NCBI GenBank assembly: GCA_019058445.1
Contig: JAHPZA010000010.1
Location: forward strand, 480,001 to 544,000
DNA length: 64,000 nucleotides
Direction: 5' to 3'
DNA from: Promethearchaeota archaeon
GTDB taxonomy: Archaea; Asgardarchaeota; Lokiarchaeia; Sigyniarchaeales; SOKP01
Positions 1-8,991 of this stretch are shown in pieces (the first letter of the stretch is position 1; the number at the start of each line of letters is the position of its first letter). The notes below the pieces were generated by a model. That model saw only the letters and a program-made list of their open reading frames with translations, had not been told where the DNA came from and ran no database searches. The position numbers and the translations under genes were made by a program.

Positions 1-650
1 ACTTGATCAAACCAGCCTAATTCTTTGAAGATATTAATTGCCTCCCTATAAAAACCCTTAGCCTCTTTAAATTTTTTATTTTCGATTGCCATTTTGGCGC
101 GATCCAATGCATTTTCCCCTTCTTTCATTAAAATTTCTTTGTTTTTTTCTTTTTCTGCATCAATCCTGGATTCTTCTTGACGAGCTTGTATTTCTTGTTT
201 TTTGAGGTTTTCTCTTTCTTTAATTTTTTGATCTTGAGATCGTCTAAATTCTGTTTCCTTTTCTCTCTTAATCATTTGTTCACGTATCCTTGCTCTTCTT
301 AATTCTGCCTCTGAAAGAAAGTCTTTTCGATTATCTAATGATTTTTTTTCTTGAGGCTCTATTTCTTCTATATCTTTATTAGCGGTGATTTCTTCTTTCT
401 TCTGTACCTGATTTATCATTCCTTTAATCTCAGTAGCTGGTTTTTTATTTGTTCTTTGTTCATATTCAATCACCCTCTTTATTTGAGCAAGTTGTTTTTC
501 AATAATATTAACTTTTCCCATATAATTTAGCTGAATATATATATCTCTTGCTTTTTCAAAAAGTGGTTTTGAAGTTTGATAATTTTTCTTTTTTAGTTCA
601 ACTTTAGCCTGTTTTTCTAATTCTTCAGCTTCGACTTCAGACTTTAACAC
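1..650 (-). CDS. Partial helical-repeat/coiled-coil protein (runs off window start)
   Basis: Manual translation from GTG at 650: MLKSEVEAEELEKQAKVELKKKNYQTSKPLFEKARDIYIQLNYMGKVNIIEKQL..., followed by a Glu/Lys/Arg-rich coiled coil and a second similar helical repeat near position 1-120. Not in the ORF track because it is incomplete. Confidence 0.75.
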   Translation of the reverse strand, partial: MLKSEVEAEELEKQAKVELKKKNYQTSKPLFEKARDIYIQLNYMGKVNIIEKQLAQIKRVIEYEQRTNKKPATEIKGMINQVQKKEEITANKDIEEIEPQEKKSLDNRKDFLSEAELRRARIREQMIKREKETEFRRSQDQKIKERENLKKQEIQARQEESRIDAEKEKNKEILMKEGENALDRAKMAIENKKFKEAKGFYREAINIFKELGWFDQ

Positions 651-855
651 TTACATCACTAAGGTAAATTAATTGATATATTTTAGATAGAAATTTTAGA
701 AAAAATAATATCCCTATAAATTTGAAATATAAATATACTACTCTAATTTAAAATTTGATAAAATGAAAAATTGTGAATTATTAATTTATGGAAGATTAAA
801 TATTGGATTTAGAAAAGAAACCATAATTTTGCCTAATTTGATAAAAATTAAATAT

Positions 856-873
856 TATGATTATTTAATCATA
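856..873. promoter_or_regulatory. Palindrome TATGATTA-TT-TAATCATA, candidate operator
   Basis: Perfect 8-bp inverted repeat in the divergent intergenic region, just before the candidate asd leader ORF. Confidence 0.35.
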
Positions 874-878
874 CTAAC

Positions 879-971
879 ATGATTATGAGACGATTAAAAA
901 GTTTGAAAACTCAAACAAAGGATAAAACCCTTAAGAAGGGGAAGTATTATAGCATGTGCTATATACAATAA
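879..971 (+). other. Candidate 30-aa leader peptide upstream of asd
   Basis: ATG879..TAA971 encodes MIMRRLKSLKTQTKDKTLKKGKYYSMCYIQ (7 K, 3 T, 3 M, 2 I), followed by alternative complementary segments. Confidence 0.3.
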
Positions 972-1200
972 TCCATTAAAAATTCGTCTCTGTTGATTTC
1001 TCTCATTCTTTTGATATTCTTTTGATTCTTTGCTTTTTACTGGGAGAGACGACTTTCATTAGGATTTGAACTTTATAATTTGTTGAGGTTTTAATAAGAT
1101 TTTGTAGAAAAATCGAGAAAATATGATTTAGTCTAATTTAGATTAAGGAAATTCACGATTAAAGCAAAAAATTTAAATAATATAATGTACTATAATAATA

Positions 1201-2295
1201 TTGATTATGAATAGAATAAAAATTGGTATATTAGGCGCTACCGGGATTGTTGGTACAAATTACATCAAATTATTACAAGAACATCCTTGGTTTGAAATAG
1301 TAGATCTAGCGGCATCACCACGATCAGCAGGAAAAACATATGAAGAAGCAGTTAAAGTAAAATGGCATATGACTATACCTATCCCTGAAGATTTAAAGAA
1401 CAAGATTGTAAGAGACGTTCAAGACTTCAATTCAATAGCTTCAGAACTTAGTTTTGTATTTTCAGCAATTAATATGCCGAAAAAAGAACAAATTAAAGAA
1501 GTAGAATTCGAATATGCTAAAAGAGGTATACCAGTAATAAGCAATAATTCCGCACATAGGTGGACGCCAGATGTCCCAATGATTATAGGTGAAATTAATT
1601 CAGAACATGTGAATGTGATTCCAATACAGCAAAAAAATAGAGGTTATGATAAGGGATTTATTGCTGTAAAACCAAATTGTTCACTTCAGAGCTATTTAAC
1701 TCCAATATTTGCACTCGAGAAAGCAGGTTATAAAGTTGATAAAATCATTGTTACCACACTTCAAGCGGTCTCTGGAGCGGGATACCCGGGTGTTTCATCG
1801 TTAGATATGATTGATAATATTGTTCCCTATGTTGGAGGAGAAGAGGAAAAAACCGAAAAAGAACCATCAAAAATTTTAGGAAGTGTGGGAGAAACAGGAA
1901 TTGTACCAGATGAGTCTATTCAAATTAGTGCAACTTGTACTAGAGTCCCTGTTACCGATGGGCATACTGCCAGTGTAAATGTAAAGTTTAAAGATAAAAT
2001 TCCTTCTCAAGAAGAAATAATTAAGATTTGGACTGAATTTAAAGCAGAACCTCAAAAATTAAATTTACCATATGCTCCCTCACAACCTATAATTTATCTT
2101 GACAATATAGATCGACCACAACCTAGAAAAGATAGAGACAATGATAAAGGAATGGCAGTAACAGTTGGCAGATTAAGAAAAGATAATGTATTTGATTATA
2201 AGTTTTTGTCTCTCAGTCATAATACTATTAGAGGAGCAGCAGGAGGTTCATTATTGACAGCAGAACTATTAAAGGCGAAAGGATTTTTAACATAA
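1201..2295 (+). CDS. asd: Aspartate-semialdehyde dehydrogenase (archaeal/fungal type)
   Basis: GILGATGIVG Rossmann motif, SNNSAHR, catalytic PNCS, QAVSGAG, RVPVTDGH, SHNTIRGAAG. Start may be ATG 1207. Confidence 0.96.
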   Translation: MIMNRIKIGILGATGIVGTNYIKLLQEHPWFEIVDLAASPRSAGKTYEEAVKVKWHMTIPIPEDLKNKIVRDVQDFNSIASELSFVFSAINMPKKEQIKEVEFEYAKRGIPVISNNSAHRWTPDVPMIIGEINSEHVNVIPIQQKNRGYDKGFIAVKPNCSLQSYLTPIFALEKAGYKVDKIIVTTLQAVSGAGYPGVSSLDMIDNIVPYVGGEEEKTEKEPSKILGSVGETGIVPDESIQISATCTRVPVTDGHTASVNVKFKDKIPSQEEIIKIWTEFKAEPQKLNLPYAPSQPIIYLDNIDRPQPRKDRDNDKGMAVTVGRLRKDNVFDYKFLSLSHNTIRGAAGGSLLTAELLKAKGFLT

Positions 2296-2446
2296 TCAAT
2301 AATTTATCTCCCAAATTTAAATATAAACAATCCTTTACCTAAAGCTTTTTAATACAGAAGTTAATATTATATACTAAATCAAATATTGTTATTTTTAAAG
2401 AAGTACAATTTATTTAACTATACAAAAAATCAAGGAGGATTTTTAA

Positions 2447-2623
2447 ATGACCTTAGAACAAATTTTAATTGGGGTTTTTATAATTATAGGAATTATAATG
2501 ATTATTGTTGGTCTTATTTTAGGATTTACTGGTGCGATATTAATTATTTATGCTGTTTTCTTGGTAATAGGCGGTATAGCTTTAATAGTGATAACCATAG
2601 TCATTGCTTTTATATTAATCTGA
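2447..2623 (+). CDS. 58-aa two-helix hydrophobic microprotein
   Basis: GGAGGA Shine-Dalgarno precedes ATG 2447. Product MTLEQILIGVFIIIGIIMIIVGLILGFTGAILIIYAVFLVIGGIALIVITIVIAFILI, followed by a T-run. Different frame from the listed 2386..2709 ORF. Confidence 0.75.
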   Translation: MTLEQILIGVFIIIGIIMIIVGLILGFTGAILIIYAVFLVIGGIALIVITIVIAFILI

Positions 2624-2715
2624 ACAGAATTTTTTTTTTTATTTTTATTTTTTCCTTCTTTAATACAATATTTATAATGGTTCTAAATTACTTAACTATA
2701 GGGATTTAGGTAATA

Positions 2716-4284
2716 TTAAAATTCATGCTTATCAATTAAAACAGGTAGAACCATTTTGAAAAAGCTTTTCATCCCTCTCTCTTTAATATACTTAAACTGG
2801 GGGATTTGAGGGTACATATTAAGGTAATATTCTTTTTTTAATAGATTAAATACCTTAAATTTAGAAAAAAGCTTGAATTTAGCTAGATCAGAACTAAAAT
2901 TCCCAATAATCTTATGCAATAAAAATTTATCGATGTTAATAACAGCCGAAACATACCCATATTTTTCCGACACTTTAGCTCGAATTACATCCAAAGAATT
3001 AATCTTATGCTCTGAAAAGAGTTCTTGCTTTTTGATTGATATAACTTTACTTAGTTTTCTATTTTCAATTTCAAATAAAACAGCAAATTTGAAAGTATTT
3101 TTTATATATTCAACTTTATTAAAATTCTTTTTATCTATTGAGGTTGTTATAATCAAAACTTTCGAATTTAAGCCAAAATTGGAATGTAATGAATTAAAAA
3201 ATAACTGTGGTATTGCCCAATGTGATAATTTTTTAAGATTTAGGTTAAATCGAAAGAGTCTTACCATAAACCGAAAGAAACTATTATAAATTTGCGGTCT
3301 TGGTATCACATACCACTTATTTTCAAAATTCCGTATGCCATATAAGATTTTCTGAAATATTAATTGTAATTTTTCTAATTTTAGGGGAAATTCTAATTCA
3401 AATATATCTAACAAGAGTGCGATTGCATCATTTTGATTGAAAGAATAGACTGTATCTGATTCAACTGTTTGTTTAATGATATTTAATTTATCTGGAATGT
3501 CTAATTTCTCCATCCCGATTCCTAATTTTTCAGGTGTAAAAAGCTTAATAAAGGAGTTAGAACCTTTTGATCTTGGCTTTTCTGTGTGTGCCTTTAAGAT
3601 AAAAGGTTGCTTATTTGTATTAAATAAGATTGATATCTTATACTTAGGTAATAAATTATGGAAGAAGGTAATAATCTCAGAAATTTTGATTCCATTTAAT
3701 AATGTAATATTCCCTTTTATAAAATTATAGAAGTTAGGGGTTGGATAAATATAAAACAAATCATTCTCTAATAATTCTTCTAGTAATCCCATTAACCTTG
3801 GAATAAAGCTAAAATTTGATATACTCTCGATTAAATCACAATGCTGATTTAATAACTCAATTGCTTTTTGCTTAAAAATACGTATTGTTGAGATTCTTAC
3901 GCCCTTTGTTTTCACTATAGCAAGTTGTATCTTATTAAAGAATTCATCTATATTTTTCAGATCTTCCTCTTGAAGTATAATTAATTCATTGGATAATTTT
4001 AGATAGGATTGATGTATACCTGCTTTTTGTGTTTCAAACAGATATACACTTAAAATCTCTTTTTTTTCATCAGAGATAATAATATCAAGAATATTTTGTT
4101 GGTCGTTTACAAATTTGGGGTAAAGAATTTCAAAGAGATAATATAATAAATACGCATCAATATTTACGGGAGTTAATGGAATTCTAACTAATTCCTTTAT
4201 TTTTGAAGGATCATCTAAGATTTGAATATTAGAATTATTTGCAATAATTTTTAACCAATTTGATTTAAACTTAGGATTAAACAT
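2716..4284 (-). CDS. Hypothetical protein (522 aa)
   Basis: Long ORF 3 bp downstream of the DUF362 gene; no recognised motif. Confidence 0.8.
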   Translation of the reverse strand: MFNPKFKSNWLKIIANNSNIQILDDPSKIKELVRIPLTPVNIDAYLLYYLFEILYPKFVNDQQNILDIIISDEKKEILSVYLFETQKAGIHQSYLKLSNELIILQEEDLKNIDEFFNKIQLAIVKTKGVRISTIRIFKQKAIELLNQHCDLIESISNFSFIPRLMGLLEELLENDLFYIYPTPNFYNFIKGNITLLNGIKISEIITFFHNLLPKYKISILFNTNKQPFILKAHTEKPRSKGSNSFIKLFTPEKLGIGMEKLDIPDKLNIIKQTVESDTVYSFNQNDAIALLLDIFELEFPLKLEKLQLIFQKILYGIRNFENKWYVIPRPQIYNSFFRFMVRLFRFNLNLKKLSHWAIPQLFFNSLHSNFGLNSKVLIITTSIDKKNFNKVEYIKNTFKFAVLFEIENRKLSKVISIKKQELFSEHKINSLDVIRAKVSEKYGYVSAVINIDKFLLHKIIGNFSSDLAKFKLFSKFKVFNLLKKEYYLNMYPQIPQFKYIKERGMKSFFKMVLPVLIDKHEF

Positions 4285-4287
4285 GAT

Positions 4288-5619
4288 TTATAATCCTCCC
4301 CATATTTTTAGTTTCTCATTGATTTTTTTATTTCTATATAATTTGAGCAAGTTTTGAAATAAGTAAAGTGATGGCACATTACTTTTTCTGTAGTATTTAA
4401 TCAATAAATCAATGCAGTCAAAGATGTTAGGAGGATTTCCGGGTAATTTAAGAATTTTAACATTTTTCTTTAGTTTCGTGCTCTTGATGGCACTATCACC
4501 AAAAATTATTACATTACTTAAATTCTCTGGCACGGGAGGATTGTCTCCTATAAGAAATGAAGTCTTAGATATGTACTTGACATCTTTTATCATATGTGTT
4601 TTTAAAAGATTTAGAAAATGATAAGCTTGTTCAAAATCTCCTAAACTTATGTTACCGGTTTTAATCGAAAAATTTGGAAGAATAATATCCTCTAATCTTG
4701 ATACACATTCTTGAATATTGATCTTTATCTCATTAAGATTCTCTCCAATAACTTGTATTTTAGATATATCATATATTCCTAAATTTCTGTTCCTCGCTTC
4801 TCTAAGTAAGAGATTTTGGTCAACATTATAACTTAATAAGGTGGAAGTAATTGTATCAACAGCAACAGCATCATTTCCTATAACCATTAATCCAGTCTTC
4901 TTTAATTTTGAATCCTTATATATATAGGGGCCAGCCCCCTCTAAAATATAAAATAAATCATTAATAATTAAATCTGGTTTTCTTACTGTGAATACATCTA
5001 TTACGTTTTGTATTAAATCCTTTAAATTTTTACTTTTAAGTACATTTAATTGAGACTTGTTAATGGATAATGAGTAAGAATTAAGAATAGACAATCTAAG
5101 CTTAAAAATTGGATCCACATTTACTTGATTTACAGAAATAAATTTATCTGAATCTAAAATTATTTTATGAACTTCAAATTTTTCATCATTTACATTAATT
5201 TGAGAAAAATTTTGAGTTTTAATTATTTTTAAATCTTTTTTTTTTATATCTTTAAGGAAATAATAATTACTGTAATCTAAAAACACTAATTCTGCTCCAA
5301 TTTTTAAGAAATAACTATTAAGACCAATCAAATCAGATATTAATTTAATCGTGAGTCCTTTTAACGGATAACTTCCAACATATATTTTTTTAGCTCCCGC
5401 TTTATGACAAGTATCAATAATTGCTTCAAGAGTGTCCATATTAGTGTTTACGGGAAAACCTTGGGGCAGTGTTAGATTGAATTTAATAAAAACTTGATCG
5501 CCATCTCTAATATAATTGGTAATCCCTCCAAGCTTTTCTATGCCTCTAAAAACGCACTCCTTAGGAGAAGCTTCTTTACTTATGACAACACTTGTAACTT
5601 TTGACTTTGACGGTTCCAT
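4288..5619 (-). CDS. DUF362 domain protein
   Basis: LGGI..I..GDQVFIKFNL N-terminus; PDLIINDL..LEGAGP and GNDAVAVD motifs typical of DUF362. Confidence 0.8.
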   Translation of the reverse strand: MEPSKSKVTSVVISKEASPKECVFRGIEKLGGITNYIRDGDQVFIKFNLTLPQGFPVNTNMDTLEAIIDTCHKAGAKKIYVGSYPLKGLTIKLISDLIGLNSYFLKIGAELVFLDYSNYYFLKDIKKKDLKIIKTQNFSQINVNDEKFEVHKIILDSDKFISVNQVNVDPIFKLRLSILNSYSLSINKSQLNVLKSKNLKDLIQNVIDVFTVRKPDLIINDLFYILEGAGPYIYKDSKLKKTGLMVIGNDAVAVDTITSTLLSYNVDQNLLLREARNRNLGIYDISKIQVIGENLNEIKINIQECVSRLEDIILPNFSIKTGNISLGDFEQAYHFLNLLKTHMIKDVKYISKTSFLIGDNPPVPENLSNVIIFGDSAIKSTKLKKNVKILKLPGNPPNIFDCIDLLIKYYRKSNVPSLYLFQNLLKLYRNKKINEKLKIWGGL

Positions 5620-5710
5620 AGTAATAGACTTCCATGGATAATTGATTTATTAATTAATACATTTTTATAATATTATAATTTTAATGTTAAATTAAATTAA
5701 ACCTTTAGCG

Positions 5711-6610
5711 ATGGTATTAAAAATCTTAAAAAAAAATATAATAAAAATTCAAATTACTCAATCAGACATTAATTTTCCTTTAAACGTAGTTGGAATCGAT
5801 CTCGGACAAACTCTTACAAAAATCGCATATCTTGAAAAAGAAAATGAATTGAACCTATTAATGTTATCAACCAATTTAGATTATAAGAAAATATGTGAGT
5901 TTTTAGAATCAGTTCTTATAAACAATAAGAGGATTAATTTTACAGGAGGGAGAGCTTTTACTTTTCATGAAATATTCTTGAAAAAAACAGAATCAAAACT
6001 GCTAAATGAATTTCAATCAAACGCTAAAGGAATAGAGGCTTTATATTTATTAAATAAAAAAAAGGTTTTACCTAATTCTTTAATAATAAACATCGGAACA
6101 GGAACTTTCGTACTTTTAAAGAAACAAGAATTTAAACATTTAGGAGGATCTGCACTCGGAGGAGGATTTTTTATGGGATTTATTAAATTGTTATATGATA
6201 TGGATGATTATCAGGAAGCAATTAAATTAGCAGAAAAAGGGGATAGATATAATATTGATCTAAAGGTTTCTGATATATATGCGCCAAAAGATCACAGAGT
6301 AAATTTAGTTTTTAGAGAATTTACTGCTGCCTCGTTTGGAAAGATTGAGCAGATTCTTGATACTAAATCTGTTAAGAAGAAAGATGTGATAAATTCTCTT
6401 ATCTGTTTAATTGGTGAGAATATAGGTTCCACAGCAAATTTGATGGCAAAGAATCATGATATAAATTCTATCATTTTTTGTGGGGGATTTTTGAGAGATA
6501 ATAAGATCTTACAAAGAATTTTTTCGGCTATATGTGGAATAAATAAAAATAAAGCAATATTTTTAAGAAATTCAGAATTCTGTGGAGCAATTGGGGCGCT
6601 TTTAAGTTGA
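5711..6610 (+). CDS. coaW: Type II pantothenate kinase (Fumble/CoaW family)
   Basis: GIDLGQTLTKI, FTGGRA, NEF, NIGTG, GGSALGGG, KGD...DLKVSDIY, AASFGK, F.GGF, GAIGA are the type II PanK motifs. Confidence 0.88.
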   Translation: MVLKILKKNIIKIQITQSDINFPLNVVGIDLGQTLTKIAYLEKENELNLLMLSTNLDYKKICEFLESVLINNKRINFTGGRAFTFHEIFLKKTESKLLNEFQSNAKGIEALYLLNKKKVLPNSLIINIGTGTFVLLKKQEFKHLGGSALGGGFFMGFIKLLYDMDDYQEAIKLAEKGDRYNIDLKVSDIYAPKDHRVNLVFREFTAASFGKIEQILDTKSVKKKDVINSLICLIGENIGSTANLMAKNHDINSIIFCGGFLRDNKILQRIFSAICGINKNKAIFLRNSEFCGAIGALLS

Positions 6611-6638
6611 ATTTAAGATGGGATATTAATAAAAAGAT

Positions 6639-7895
6639 TTAGTTAAATTCATTATCAATAAGTTTGACAAATTCTAAGCATATTTCAAGAAAGGTCATTT
6701 GTATTTCCTTTTTGATATTTTCGGGTGTATCATCAGGAGAATGCCAATGGGGAGCTTTATTTTTTCCTTTTTCTGTACCCATTATTACTGCAGCTTTATA
6801 TCCCTTATGAATATAGCGACAAGCATCGCTGGATCCTATAATTAATCTCCCAGTTCTTAGAGGTAGTAAATCTGGATTATCTTTCTTAATTTTAGCATGA
6901 ACACTTTGAATTTTTTCAATTATTTCCTTATCATAAACTGCCTTATGCATATCTTTTAAAACGGCGAGAATCTCTTCTCCATCCCCGCATTCTTCCAAAA
7001 TTAGAGCATAAGCATTATCTAATATTCCTAACTTTCCATATTTTTCTACAAAAGCTTTAGCTCCTTTATCTCCCACTTCTTCACTTCCTTGAGATCCCAC
7101 CCAGACTTCCACATTTTTCGGTCTATTTTGGCTTAAATATTTACCAACTGCTGCGGCTACTGCACTCGCAGCTAGATTATCATTTGCTCCAGGGACAACA
7201 GTTTTACCTAAAAATCCTCGTACGACCCAAATAAATAGAGGATATATAACAATAAGCGGAATGAAATAAAATAAATCAATTATAGTAAAAGAAAAAAATC
7301 CCCATCCTATTAAAACAATCGTCGGTCCATAAAATATTTGTGCTAGAAACTTCCAAATTGAAAAAATAATGGTATGAAACAAAAAATATATTCCAAGTAT
7401 AATTTTTATAAGGGGAGGCTTCTTCTTATACGTAGCGATTTTCATTTGTTTAGCGCTATCGCTATGACCTTCAAAAATTATACGGAATTTAACATCCCCC
7501 TTTGGTTTTATTATTCCGAATACATTACTAGAAGTTCCCTTTTTAAAAAGAATTTTAATCCATTCTTTCATCAAAACAAGCTCAGTATAGAGAACAAAAA
7601 GTCCAAAAAAAATAAAAATAGAAGATAAAATAGGAAAAGGAAACACTAACGGCATAAATATTACCGAAATAGCACACAGAGTTCCAGCTACCTTTAATAG
7701 CCCTTGTGGATAAAGTGAGGGATAAGTTTCAAATTCATCTATAAAAGTTTCGTTACAAAATTTCTCTAACTCTCCTTTAATCCACAAGTTTGCATCTTTT
7801 TCTGCCTTACTACAGGAATATCTTGGCCCAAACTTTTTACAAATCGTATTAACAAAATTATACATATAATCAGAATATGTATTATCAATTCTCAT
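6639..7895 (-). CDS. Membrane-embedded M28 family metallopeptidase
   Basis: GHSDS, GANDN, GSEEVG, SDA and WHSPDD Zn-peptidase motifs with inserted TM segments. Confidence 0.85.
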   Translation of the reverse strand: MRIDNTYSDYMYNFVNTICKKFGPRYSCSKAEKDANLWIKGELEKFCNETFIDEFETYPSLYPQGLLKVAGTLCAISVIFMPLVFPFPILSSIFIFFGLFVLYTELVLMKEWIKILFKKGTSSNVFGIIKPKGDVKFRIIFEGHSDSAKQMKIATYKKKPPLIKIILGIYFLFHTIIFSIWKFLAQIFYGPTIVLIGWGFFSFTIIDLFYFIPLIVIYPLFIWVVRGFLGKTVVPGANDNLAASAVAAAVGKYLSQNRPKNVEVWVGSQGSEEVGDKGAKAFVEKYGKLGILDNAYALILEECGDGEEILAVLKDMHKAVYDKEIIEKIQSVHAKIKKDNPDLLPLRTGRLIIGSSDACRYIHKGYKAAVIMGTEKGKNKAPHWHSPDDTPENIKKEIQMTFLEICLEFVKLIDNEFN

Positions 7896-8015
7896 AAAGA
7901 TCCTTTACCTCGTTTAAAGATTTATTAGTAAAATGTATGAAGTTTGATGCGTCGTTATATTTATATTTTGTCTTGAGAAGCTAGTAATTTAGGTCAATTT
8001 ATAGCAAGTTTTATA

Positions 8016-8098
8016 TATTAGTGTGCCCATGGAGACTTCTAATCATCGTAATAATTATAAATTAACCTCATAGAAACACTATAATGGGCACATTAATA
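8016..8098. other. Long intergenic stem-loop (15-bp outer stem, inner stem)
   Basis: TATTAGTGTGCCCAT (8016-8030) pairs with ATGGGCACATTAATA (8084-8098), one G-U; inner TTCTA (8037-8041) pairs with TAGAA (8071-8075). Confidence 0.55.
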
Positions 8099-8170
8099 GT
8101 AGGTTTTTAGAGCTATTAATTTTTATTGGTTAAAAAATAAAAAAAAAGGGAATTAAAAGAAAAAATGATT

Positions 8171-8815
8171 TTATTCTGCTACAGCATGCTTACCTAATAA
8201 ATCATCATTTGATTTACCTAGTCTAATTGCTAACTCAGCAATAATAGCATCCAGATATGTAAATGCAACTTGTTCAAAAGCAGTTCCCTCAGGAGTTAGA
8301 ATGGCCGTATCATCCCCTTCTTCAATAGCACGGTCTCTTTTACTCCTTCCTTTTAATTTGATGGTGATATCACCCATTCGACCAATTGTTGTTTCAGGAT
8401 GAGATGTTATACATACAATTCCATAGGGTTTTATCTTATTTACATAGCTATTTAACATACTTACTACAATTTCAGTCGTTCCTGAACCTGATAGAACGAT
8501 TAAAATATCTTTCTCACGCATAGCGGGATTACTAGTCAAATTGGTAATCATGTACGGTCCAGCGCCTAAATGAACCAATCTTGTAGCGAAACATTGTAAA
8601 ATAAATGCACTCCTGCCAGATGCTAACAAGAAAAACCGCCTTTTATTAAGAATCGCATCATGCATTAGTTCTATAAACTTTTGAGTATGTTGAAAATATT
8701 TAGGTTTATTGAGATGCGTCATATTATCTTGGAGATTTTTCATTATGAGTTCCATGGATTCAAATAGAATTTTTCTTGCCTTTCCATTTACCTTCTGATT
8801 TTCCTCAACCATCAT
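8171..8815 (-). CDS. hxlB: 6-phospho-3-hexuloisomerase (SIS domain)
   Basis: SGRSAF..FATRLVHLG, DILIVLSGSGTT, P.GTAFE, and C-terminal KH motifs. Confidence 0.85.
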   Translation of the reverse strand: MMVEENQKVNGKARKILFESMELIMKNLQDNMTHLNKPKYFQHTQKFIELMHDAILNKRRFFLLASGRSAFILQCFATRLVHLGAGPYMITNLTSNPAMREKDILIVLSGSGTTEIVVSMLNSYVNKIKPYGIVCITSHPETTIGRMGDITIKLKGRSKRDRAIEEGDDTAILTPEGTAFEQVAFTYLDAIIAELAIRLGKSNDDLLGKHAVAE

Positions 8816-8991
8816 TTTAAATATTTGATATTTTTTTAGGGTATATTACTAGTAAGTTAAATTTTAAAAAATAAGTTTGGGTATAGTTTAATTTTGAGTT
8901 TTTTATTTTTAAATACTAATATTAAGGGATTACTTATATTTCGAGAGCTTAATGATATTCTAACTCCGTTTTTTATTGGATTATAATATTG

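Noticed and set aside
2386-2709. 107-aa ORF in the track
   Set aside because: Odd Asn/Tyr/Phe/Cys composition and runs through a T-tract; the SD-led 2447..2623 frame is the better gene.
8016-8098. SECIS element or selenoprotein signal
   Set aside because: The upper helix is too short and no adjacent gene shows an in-frame TGA at a Cys-equivalent position; kept only as a generic structured element.
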